This document shows positions 10,711-20,381 of a stretch of 64,000 bases of DNA, in pieces. Under the pieces are notes generated by a model, which saw nothing but the letters and a program-made list of their open reading frames with translations, searched no databases and was not told where the DNA came from. How positions within the stretch are numbered: the first letter of the stretch is position 1; the number at the start of each line of letters is the position of its first letter. Made by a program: the position numbers and the translations under genes. The stretch is from Bryobacterales bacterium (lineage in GTDB: Bacteria > Acidobacteriota > Terriglobia > Bryobacterales > UBA6623): positions 1,952,001 through 2,016,000 of the forward strand of contig OY729428.2 in the NCBI GenBank assembly GCA_963422375.2. The letters run 5' to 3'.

Positions 10711-12414
10711 GTGCAACGCCTTGCCGAGATCGTCGCGCGACCGGAGCCAAGCAACCGAGTGCCAACGAACGCCCCCGTGAAGGCCAAGTCCGTCACTCCG
10801 CCCGCCCGTCGCTGTCCCCGGTGCCTTCGAGGACGGCGAGATTCGGTACCTGCACGGGTTCTGCTGGGAGGCGCGGTCGTCCTCGCGACCGTTGCCGGAG
10901 GCGTTCCTGCAGTCCGTGCAACGGAGAGCGCCGCAGGCTTGGAGTACCTTCGCGCTGGTCGCGCGGACGAGGCCTTGGCCTTCTTTCGAAGCGTGCTGGC
11001 CGCGAATCCGGACGAACTGACCGCATTGAACATGGTCGGCGCGATCCTCTGCATCCAAGACGATCCAGAGGCCGCGACGGGTTACTTCGAACGCGCGCTG
11101 CGCATCTCCCCGGACTTCGTCGCGGCTCGAAAGAATCTCGCGATCGCGGAGTTCGAGCTCCGTCACTACGCCGCCGCCGAAGAGCATCTGCAAGTGCTGC
11201 TCGAGCTGCCGGAGGCCCAGGGGCAGGCCCGGCTGTTCCTGGGGATGATCGCCTCGGAGTCCGGCCAGCACGAACGAGCCGTCGGGCTGCTCCGAGCTGC
11301 GGAGGACTGGATGGCCAGCCAACCGCGAGCGCTCATCGCATTCGCCCGATCCCTGCGGCATGTCGGACAAAGGGACAAGGCATTGGAAGTCCTGGACCTC
11401 GCTCGGTCGCGAGACGACCTGACAGGGGCTGATCTGGTCGATGCCGCGCAGGTCGCCGTGGCGGCCGGTCGCTTCGATCAAGGCTTGGCCGATCTGGAGC
11501 GCGCCGAGGCACTTGATTCGGATCTATCGGGAATCGGCGTTCGGAGGGTCGAGATTCTTGTCCAAGCAGGTCGGCACGAGGATGCGCTGGCGCTGGCCCG
11601 ACTGCTTGCGGAAGAGACTCCCGGCGGCGCCCTGCTGTCACTGATAGCCGAGCTAGCCGAGGCCGCCGGAGACCTCGATGGCGCGGTCATGGCGCTGCGC
11701 AGGGCGATTCAGGTCGAACCCCACAGCGAGGACCGCTACATCGAACTCAGCGAGTTCTGCGTTCGCTATCGCAACTCAGAACTGGCGCTCGAGATCCTGG
11801 ACCTCGGGTCGCGCCGCATAGCGAACTCGTACAGACTTCTCGTGCAAAGAGGCATCACCCTCGGCGAGGTCCAGCGGTACGACGAGGCCCGAAAGGCCTT
11901 CGCCACGGCCATCGGGTTGACGCCGGACCATTCGGTTGCGCTGACGGCGCTGGCAGTGTGCCTGATCCTCTCCGAGGAAATGTCCGAGGCATTGAAGGCG
12001 CTAGGAGCGGGAGTGGATCGATTTCCGCACGACTTCTATATGCACTACATCTACGGCTTCGCGCTCGACCGCGCTCGCGCCGAACAGGGCGGCCGAGCTC
12101 GGGAGGCACTTGCCGAGGAGCACCTGAGAAGGTCGATCGAGCTGAACAAAGCGTTTCCTTCGGCCCATTACCGACTGGGCAAGCTGCTGGCCGAGAGAGA
12201 GCCGGCCACGGCGACGCGCCACCTTGAAGCGGCAGTACGCCTCGATCCTCAACTGACCGCGGCCAAGTACCAGCTCGGGCAGCTGTACTTGGACAGTGGC
12301 CGGCTCGAAGATGGCGAGCGGCTCATGCAGGAAGTCGGCGAAGCGAAGCAGCGGGCACTCGAGCAGGAGCAGGTGCCTCAGTTCCGAGCGGTTAGGACCG
12401 CACCTGCGCGTTGA
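10711..12414 (+). CDS. Tetratricopeptide-repeat protein, probably exported
   Basis: TPR-like helical repeats (AHYRLGKLL, AKYQLGQLY, ALRISPDFVAARKNLA); hydrophobic N-terminal segment; start uncertain (10711-10777). Confidence 0.85.
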   Translation: MQRLAEIVARPEPSNRVPTNAPVKAKSVTPPARRCPRCLRGRRDSVPARVLLGGAVVLATVAGGVPAVRATESAAGLEYLRAGRADEALAFFRSVLAANPDELTALNMVGAILCIQDDPEAATGYFERALRISPDFVAARKNLAIAEFELRHYAAAEEHLQVLLELPEAQGQARLFLGMIASESGQHERAVGLLRAAEDWMASQPRALIAFARSLRHVGQRDKALEVLDLARSRDDLTGADLVDAAQVAVAAGRFDQGLADLERAEALDSDLSGIGVRRVEILVQAGRHEDALALARLLAEETPGGALLSLIAELAEAAGDLDGAVMALRRAIQVEPHSEDRYIELSEFCVRYRNSELALEILDLGSRRIANSYRLLVQRGITLGEVQRYDEARKAFATAIGLTPDHSVALTALAVCLILSEEMSEALKALGAGVDRFPHDFYMHYIYGFALDRARAEQGGRAREALAEEHLRRSIELNKAFPSAHYRLGKLLAEREPATATRHLEAAVRLDPQLTAAKYQLGQLYLDSGRLEDGERLMQEVGEAKQRALEQEQVPQFRAVRTAPAR

Positions 12415-13370
12415 GCCGCAATCGAGGAACGCACATCCTGCCTCTTGCTCTTGGGGCCCCAACCGTCCGCCACGCGAGGGAGGAAATCCTGACGGGCGGC
12501 TGAACCAGAGCGTTCGACATGGGCGGCACTCCCCAGCGTGCAACGCAGGCTCCCGGAGTCGCGGTCTGGCATTCGGCCGGAGGCGCTGACCGTGATCTCG
12601 AGAGTCGCCTTGTCCTTGCGCTTGGCGACAATACTGGCAGGCCAATCGTCGATCAAGTCAGTGCCCGAGGTTGCCTTCTGCCGAGCATCGGCGCATGCTA
12701 TGGGTGTTCCAGCCGGTGGCACATCTCGAGATGCCCGTCGCGATGGAAACCTGCCCGGTCGACACGCACGTCGCGGCGCGCTTGGCCGAGATGGGCAGCG
12801 GACCGGGCCCGCGGGATGACAGGGGGCACGCTGATCCGGCGTGCGACGTTCGATCTCCGTGGCCTGGTTCCGTCCACCGATCGCGTCGACGATGGGCTAA
12901 GCCCGATTGTCCCAGCGACCTCGGCATCCGGTGAGAACCCCGGGGCCGCTTGTGCCGGGAGCTCCGCAGAATTATTCGGAGCAACCCGCACCACGAAAGC
13001 CGACGCGCACGGCCCTATGACCTAGGGTTGCACAGTGGCCGAGCCGCCAGGAATCCAGCACCCCGACATGTCCTCAAATTTGTGCGGCGGACTTCCAATG
13101 ACCGGCATGCGCGGGAGGTTCGGTGCCCAACGCCAAACTTATCGCAAGGCATGCTTGGGCAGCGATTCGTTGGATCGAATCTTGATTGAGGCGCAGCGAC
13201 GATGGCCGGAACGTGTGGCAGCGATCATGCACGTTGGTGCGTGGCCAAGGAGGGAAGAGATATAGCGCGAGCGCAACCTGAACTGTGGCAAAGGTGTGAA
13301 GATTGCCCCGAGTGCGGCTGCCGAAACTGTTCTCTCTGCATGTCCCGGTGTCGGGGATACACTTGCTAAA

Positions 13371-16317
13371 TGGAATTATATGTCTGAGTGCTTAGGCAGC
13401 CAATATGGCAAATTATCAATCCATAAATTGATTTGATATTTCTTCCATATCTCTGTTGGAATTCGCTGAATTTTCTTGAGAGAATAGTTCCAATATATGA
13501 GATCCTATTTGAAGAAGAAGTCCCCCGGGAAGTGGTTTCGTAAGGGCATCACTTTGCTTGAAGTGATCACGATATTCCCCGCTGACGAATCCGCGGAAAA
13601 GTGGTTCGCCTCCATGCGCTGGCCGGACGGTCCGGTATACCCCGACTGCCACGGCTCCAGCGTGCAGTCCGGCACGGCCCACCCTTCGATGCCGTACCGT
13701 TGCCGCGGCTGCGGCAAGCGCTTTGCCGTGCGCACCGGCAGCGTGATGGCCGACACCAAGCCCGGCTACCGCGTCCGGGCCGTCGCCATGTTCCTGCTGA
13801 TCACCGGCCTCAAGGGCGTCTCCAGCATGAAGCTGCACCGCGACCTGGGCATCAGCCGGAAGTCGGCCTGACACCTGGCACACCGCATCCGCGGGCGCTG
13901 GGAGCGCAGCGATTCTCAATTTGGGCATTTTGGGATTTCCAGAGTGTCTGAGAAAGGTGTCGAAGGCAGTCTGGCACTTGACTTTTGCTTGCGGAATGTG
14001 TGAGCTAGGGTGCATGCCCCATGTCCTGGACCCGCTGCTGAGCGCCTTCCGCGGGACGGCCGCCGGCCGGCCCGACCGGCGCGACGGTCGCAGCAACAAG
14101 CGCTACGAGGTCAGCGACGCCGCCGGTTGCGCCCTGGTGCGCCCCGGCCTGCTTCTTCACCCGGTGCGAGTCGTTCCTTGCGTTCCAGCGGCGCATGGAG
14201 CGGGACGGCTCCCGCTGCAACTGCCGGACCCTGTTCGGCGCGGGCCGCATCCCCTGCGACAACCGGACCAGCGCCTCGACGAGCGCCTGCCGGCGGCTCC
14301 GGACGGCGTCCGGTTCCACCGCTCCGACAAGGTGCATTGCCCGCAGTGCTCGGTGCGGCGCGCCGGCAGCGAGCGCCGGCCGCATCACTTCCACGCCATG
14401 GCCGTCGGCCACCGCGGTGGCCGACGGCCACGCCACCGTCCTGCCGCTGATGCCCGAGTTCGCGTGCCCGCAGCAGGACGCGGCCGCGACCCGCGCCGAC
14501 ATGAGCGAGGACGAGCGCAAGCGGGACTGCGAGCGCAACGCCGCCAAGCGCCGGATCGCCGCTCGCGGCGCCTGGCTGCAGGCCTACCGCCCCGTTCTGC
14601 CGGGCGACGACCTGTACTGCTGCCAGCCGGTCTGCGAGGCCGCCGCGGCGGCCGGCATGGACTGCATCCGGGTATGCAAGCCCGGATTCCACAAGCACTT
14701 GCACGAGGAGCTGGAGAGCCGGCGGGCGAGCGGCGCGGTGCGCTCGACCGGCTGGCTGCCGCGGCGCGGGAAGGGCAAGCGGTCCGAGCGGCACCGTTTC
14801 CGCCGGACGGCCGCGGTGCCCCTGCGCCAGGGCCGCGACGCCCTGCGGGGCACTTGGCTCGAGTACGCCGTGGAGCGCGACGGCAAGCGCACCTGCGCCC
14901 ACAGCTTCTTCACCGGTCTCGCGGTCACCGCGGACAACGCGGAGCCGATCGCGCGGGCCGGCCGGGCGCGCTGGAAGATCGAGAACGAGGGCTGCAACTG
15001 CCTGGCGCGGCACGGCCGCAACTGCAAGCGCAACTTCGGGCACGGCAAGGAAGGGCCGGCCAACGCGCCGGCCGTGCCGAACCTGTTCGCTTTCGCGCTC
15101 CACGCCGTGGTGCAGTGCGTCTGCGCGCTGCGGCAGCAGTGCCGGCGCCAGCCGGTCACGCGCCGCGCCCTGTTCCGGGAGCTGCAGGTCGCGCTGCGCT
15201 GGTTCCGCTTCCCGGACCGGCCGACGCTGCTGGCGGCGGTGCGCGACGGACGCGCGCCTCCGGGCTGCCAGGCGGCCGGGGCCTGGACTCCGCGCAGTTT
15301 CGTGCCGGCAGCGTCCGGCCAGCGGCCGACCGTCAAAGCCGGCTACCGCCGGAGTGCGTCCGGCCGCGGGCTCGGCACTCGGCGGACCCGCGACGCGGGC
15401 CGCGCCACGGCCCTGCCCGCCGTCCGACGCTCCCGCGGGGCGGCCTCGGGAGCGCAACCTCTCGGTCAACTTATTCACCTCATCCTCCGAAACAACCTTC
15501 ACGCACCCCCTTGACGGCCAAATTTAGAACCGCTGCTGGGAGCGGGACGAGGACCTGTTCGCGGGACCGGTGGAAGTGGACGAGACCTACGTCGGCAGCA
15601 AGGAGCGCAACAAGCACGAGAGCAAGAAGCCCCGCGCCGGGCGCGCAGGTCCGCTCCGACGAGGCGGCGGCCTGCGCCGGCTTGGCGGAGTTCCCGCACG
15701 AGGGCGTCAAGCACTCCGACGGCGAGTACGTGCGCGGGGCAGCGCATGCGAACGGCATCGAGTCGTTCCGGTCCCTGTTCAAGCGCGGCCTCTACAGAAC
15801 CTATCACCGGATGAGCGTCCGTCATTCGGGCCGCTACGTAGCGGAGTTCGCGGGACGGCGCAGCGCCCGCAACTGCGACACGGCGGAACAGATGCGACAC
15901 ATGGCGCGGGGCCTGGTCGGCCGGACGCTGACCTACCGGCAACTGGTCGGCAAGGCCGCGGTCGCGGCCTGAGCACGGCCTAGCCGGTCAGCTGCGGCCT
16001 CTTTTCACGCACGGCGCGAAGGGCGCTGCGGATCCGGGATCCCGCGCGGCGACCGCTGTCCAGCCCGGACAATTCATACACGCAGCCGGCTTGGAAGAGG
16101 AGCCTTTCCACGGCAAACCGGGCTCTGCCGGCGTGTCCGAGGCGGCCTCTCTCATCCGTGCGCCTTGAAATCCGCTTGCCGGTGCGATTCAGATACGAAC
16201 CGACTTTTCGGTGCCCATCTCGGCCGCACACAAATGGCCCGAGCTAGACGCCGACGTCCCTGATCAGAGCAGACCTAGCCGGATATGGTGTCGTCGGCAC
16301 TCAGATTCATAATTCCT
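13371..16317 (+). mobile_element. IS1595-family element (ISNwi1-type ends), copy A, degenerate and interrupted by nested IS
   Basis: IRL tGGAATTATATGTCTGAGTGC (13371-), IRR TCGGCACTCAGATTCATAATTCC (16294-16316). Transposase 13497-13906 and 15536-15972 with Zn ribbon, VEVDETY, NGIESF..LFKRG; TGA at 13869-13871; internal deletion near 15640; no matching TSD. Confidence 0.9.
13907..15535 (+). mobile_element. ISNCY-type (IS4-like DDE) insertion sequence, frameshifted transposase ~14014-15260
   Basis: 18-bp TIRs CAGCGATTCTCAATTTGG / revcomp CAGCGGTTCTAAATTTGG; 9-bp TSD CTGGGAGCG (13898-13906, 15536-15544); motifs DCERNAAKR, GDDLY, RARWKIENE, NFGHGK. Confidence 0.88.
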
Positions 16318-16859
16318 CTCTGAATGATCCTATTCATCCGGCATATGGAATTACTCGGTGCGGTCTTGGTGCGACAGAAAAACCGAGTGTGCCCGAGAAT
16401 CGGCGCCAGAGAAGCGATTTGTGGTGAGTATAACAGACGGATTCATCGAATCATTTCGTAGTGCTCGAGTTGGTCTAGATCGCATTAGGCAGTGCTTCGC
16501 CAGAGGAAATGGAAGCCATCCCCAGTTCCACGCGGCGTGGCGCAATTCGCTCCAGAGACGGGAGTTCACTGCAAGTCGAACGTTCTGAGACGCACCACCA
16601 CCCCCGGGATGTGAGTGGGGATTCCGAGGCAGCCGCTTGTCCCCGTCGGAGACTCGGGTCTGTCGACGCGAATCCGTGCTTCGCGCTGACCCCGTGCAGG
16701 AGGGCCGCGTTCGCCCGATTTGATGGGGTTGCGATCAATCGGGCGAAGCGGACGCTTCGGCTGACGCCCCCGCTCGACTGCGCAGCGGCAGGGGCCAGAG
16801 CAACTGGCTAGCTCGGTATCGAGTCCTTGCGGGAGCCTCGCAGCAGCGGGCGGGCGCCA

Positions 16860-17705
16860 CTACCCTCTTCGGCGACGCACCGTGTTGCTGAGCACACCGA
16901 TTCCGGTGACTTCGACTTCGCAGACGTCGCCGGCCTTCATTGCGCTGGTCGAGCCCGGAGTCCCGGTGAAGATCGAGTCGCCTGGAGAGAGGCGCACGTG
17001 CTGACTGATGAAGCTGACGACCTGCTCCGGCCTGAACAGCAGGTCGCTCACTTTCTGGTGCTGCTTCGTGTCGCCGTTCAGCCGCAAGCTGATATCGGAC
17101 TCCATGTACTCGAGGCCGACTGCGATGGATGGCCCCATGGGCCCGAAGGTGTCGCAGCCCTTGGCGCGCCACCACTGCAGGTCGTCCTGCTGCCAGTCGC
17201 GCTCCGAGACATCGTTGCCGCAGGTGTATCCGAGGATGTGATCGGCCGCCTGGCTCTCGGAGATGCCCCTTCCCCCCTTGCCGACCACGATGACGAACTC
17301 GGCTTCGAAGTGCATGTTCTGGGAGCCGGGAGGAATGAAGATCGGGTCACCGGGGTTCTGAAGCGAGGTCGTGGGCTTGAAGAAGATCTCCGGCTTCGTT
17401 GGCGCTGGCCGCTCTCCGAGGTGGCTCTTGTAGTTCAGGCCGACAGCGAACACCTGTTGCGAGCGGACGGGATACAGCAGCTTCACATCCGACAGGGCGA
17501 CCTTCTCCCCCGTGCGCTTGCGGGTTCCCAGAACCGATCCGTCGAGCGGGTAGATCGCGTCCCCTTCAAGCTCGCCGAAGTTGTTGTTGCGCCTGCCCTG
17601 CCGGTACCGCACGTAGTGCTTGACGCCGGACTGGGCTCTCAGGCCCGGCAGCACCGTTGCGGCCACCGCGGCGCCGGTGATCAGGTTGCGTCGAGTCATG
17701 GACAT
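16860..17705 (-). CDS. Fumarylacetoacetate hydrolase family protein with Tat-like signal
   Basis: VGLNYKSH, HFEAEFVIVVGK, GYTCGNDVSERDWQ, AKGCDTFGPMGP, GDSIFTGTP; MTRRNLITGAAVAA; AGGAGG RBS. Confidence 0.92.
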   Translation of the reverse strand: MSMTRRNLITGAAVAATVLPGLRAQSGVKHYVRYRQGRRNNNFGELEGDAIYPLDGSVLGTRKRTGEKVALSDVKLLYPVRSQQVFAVGLNYKSHLGERPAPTKPEIFFKPTTSLQNPGDPIFIPPGSQNMHFEAEFVIVVGKGGRGISESQAADHILGYTCGNDVSERDWQQDDLQWWRAKGCDTFGPMGPSIAVGLEYMESDISLRLNGDTKQHQKVSDLLFRPEQVVSFISQHVRLSPGDSIFTGTPGSTSAMKAGDVCEVEVTGIGVLSNTVRRRRG

Positions 17706-17847
17706 GAGGTGTCCTCCTAACGGGGACTACTCTAGCACCGATCGCGGGCGCGGGGCGCTTCCGCCGCGGGGGGCTCGAGTCGCGCAGGTCTACCGGTGGG
17801 CGGAGGTGCTTGCGATGGGCTCGGCTCGAATGAAGGGGCCGGATGCC

Positions 17848-18642
17848 CGGGTCCTCGTCGCCTCGCAGGGCCGCCTCGTGCATCAGGCCGCGCACGGCGA
17901 AATGCGCCAGCATGAGGCCGTAGAATTCCTGCTCGACCAGGTCCGGCGTCTTGCTGCGCAGCACGATCCGCGCGCCCCGCAAGTGCGTCTTCAACTCGTC
18001 GAGGGCGGTCTCGATCTCCCATCGCTCGTGATAGAGGGCGGCCAGCTCGCGCGCCGGGGCCGGCTCGGGACTCGGCGCCGTGGTGACCAGCCGGTACAGC
18101 GGCTCCGCCCCCTCGACCCCTTCCAGGCGGTATTCGATCACTCGCACCTCCCCGTCGTCGAACAGGCTCAGGCGGGACCCGTCGGCCAGCCGCCGGCGGC
18201 ACGGCATGCCCTGCGATTTCTTGAGACGCCACAGCTGGTCCGCGCCGGTGGCGCACGCCAGCCGCCACGTCTTGCGTCCGAAGAAGCCCCGGTCCGCCAG
18301 GCAGAGCATGCCCGGCAGCAACTGCGGCAGCACCTTCCGCGCCAGGGCCGACTTGCTGTCCGTGCACGGCCCCATGCGGGTTCCGAACAGCACGCGCGTG
18401 CCGGCTTCCACGAGGGACACGACGCGCACCTTGGGGAACGCTCCGGGCCCGCGACCGCCCGAAGTGCGCCTCGTTGGCTGGCTGGTCGGCGACATCGAGC
18501 GTGCTCCCGTCCACGCTGATCACCCGCCAGCCCCGGTACCATGCACCGCGCGTCCCGCCACGGCCACCGGCCGCACCAGCTCGTCGTGCAGCTCCCGCAG
18601 CGACTTCGCGCCCAGACGCGCGCGCGCCTGGGAAATGGCCGA
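17848..18642 (-). mobile_element. IS4-family transposase remnant, truncated at both ends, fused to IS1595 copy B
   Basis: KSAISQARARLG, VISVDGSTLDVAD, LADRGFFG, YHERWEIETALDELK (YREK motif), LRSKTPDLVEQEFYG; frameshift near 18450; no ends found. Confidence 0.85.
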
Positions 18643-19719
18643 CTTGCCGGTCAGCTGCCGGTAGGTCAGCGTCCGGCCGACCAGGCCCCGCGCCATGCGC
18701 CGCATCCGTTCCGCCGTGTCGCAGTCGCGGTCGTTGCACCGTCCCGCGAACTCCGTGAGGTAGCGACCCGGATGACGGACGCTCATCCGGTGATAGGTTT
18801 CGTAGAGGCCGCGCTTGAACAGGGACCGGAACGACTCGATGCCGTTCGCATGCGCCGCCCCGCGCACGTACTCGCCGCCGGAGTGCCTGACGGCTTCGTG
18901 CGCGAACTCGGCCATGCCGGCGCAGGCCGCCGCCTCGTCGGAGCGGAGCTGCGCCCCCGGCGCGACGCGGGCGCGCACGAAGCCCTGCAGGTCGCCCTTG
19001 GCGGTGCCCGGCAGCGGCCGCGCGGCCACTGCGTTCGTGGCGCGGTCCCGCGCCCCCGCCACGGGCGTCTTGCCGACGGGCCCGCGCCCGGCGCGGGCCT
19101 TCTTGCTCTCGTGCTGGTTGCGCTCCTTGCCGCCGACGCAGGTCTCGTCCACTTCCACCGGGCCGACGAACAGGTCCCGGTCCCGCTCCCGGCACGCGCG
19201 GATGCGGTGCGCCAGATGCCAGGCCGACTTCCGGCTGATGCCCGGGTCGCGGTGCAGCTTCATGCCAGAGACGCCCTTGATGCCGGTGGTCAGCAGGAAC
19301 AGGGCGACGGCCCGGGTGCGGTAGCCGAGCTTGGTGTCGGCCATCACGCTGCCGGCGCGCACGGAAAAGCGCTTGCCGCAGCCGCGGCAACGGTACGGCA
19401 TCGAAGGGTGGGCCGCGTCGGACTGCACGCTGGAGCCGCCGCAGCGGGGGCACGCGGGACCGTCGGGCCAGCGCATGGAGGCGAACCACTTTTCCGCGGA
19501 TTCGTCATCGCGGAACATGGCGATCACTTCGATCAATGTGATGCCTTTACGGAACCACTTTCCGGGACCTTGTTTCTTCATTTACGGTATCCCATACTGG
19601 AACTATTCTACCAAGAAACACCACAGAATTTCAACGGAAAGTCGGAAGAAATATGAAATCTTATTATGGTTTGATAATTTGCCGACTTGATTCCCTCGGC
19701 ACTCAGATATATAATTCCC
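18643..19719 (-). mobile_element. IS1595-family element (ISNwi1-type), copy B, right end deleted
   Basis: IRL GGGAATTATATATCTGAGTGCCGA at 19719-19696; transposase from ATG19581, near-identical to copy C; similarity stops at 18643. Confidence 0.9.
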
Positions 19720-20175
19720 TTGCGAATCTGCGACATTTGCCCCGACGTGGAGGATGCCATGTGCATCGTCGCCCTGTACGCCTCGTTCGTGCGACAGCTC
19801 ATGTGGCAGGACCGGGAGGGTGAGTTGCCGCCTGATCCGCCAACCGAGATGATTGCGGAGAACCGCTGGCTGGCCCAGCGCTACGGCGTGTGGGTGTTTC
19901 TTGGTGACCCGGTCGCGGGCGGGCGCATGGACATCAACGACCACACGGCGCAACTAGTCGAGGACCTAGCCGAAGACGCTCTCGCACTCGGCTGTGAGTC
20001 CGAGCTGCGCCGCACGCTGCGAATCGTGCGCGATGGAGCTGGCGCGGACCGGCAGCTTGACCACTATCGGTTGCGTCGTCTGCAAGGCGACGAGGAGTGC
20101 CAGGCGCTGCACTCCGTGGTCGAGTTGATGGTCTCCGAGACCGACAAATCGTGCGGAGCAGCGAGCGACCGGTAG
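19720..20175 (+). pseudogene. 3' fragment of glutamate-cysteine ligase family 2 / carboxylate-amine ligase (YbdK-like)
   Basis: LRICDICPDVEDA...ENRWLAQRYG...GADRQL; begins exactly at the IS1595 copy B end; 5' part absent from window. Confidence 0.8.
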
Positions 20176-20381
20176 CGTTTCGGCCGCAGGAATCGCCTAG
20201 ACAGAGCCAGCCGCTTCAAGCGGACACGGAGCTGCCCTCGGCCATCGAATCCGCCGGCGCGTTGGGTGCGCCCTGCCGGCCCGGCTGGGAAGGCGAGTTG
20301 CGGCCAATTCCAGCGAACAGGGAATCGAAGTATGGACGGCCGGTTTCGTCCGCCCCCGGCCGCGCCCTTCCATTTGGCCGG

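Noticed and set aside
12415..13370. Genes in the region between the TPR gene and IS copy A
   Set aside because: Short ORFs without recognisable motifs or consistent coding pattern; probably decayed DNA.
13363..19727. Composite transposon from copy A IRL to copy B IRL carrying the FAH gene (flanks TTGCTAAA / TTGCGAAT)
   Set aside because: Flanks match only 6/8 and the left flank does not encode the missing YbdK 5' part; shared target preference (compare TTACAAAA) explains it better.
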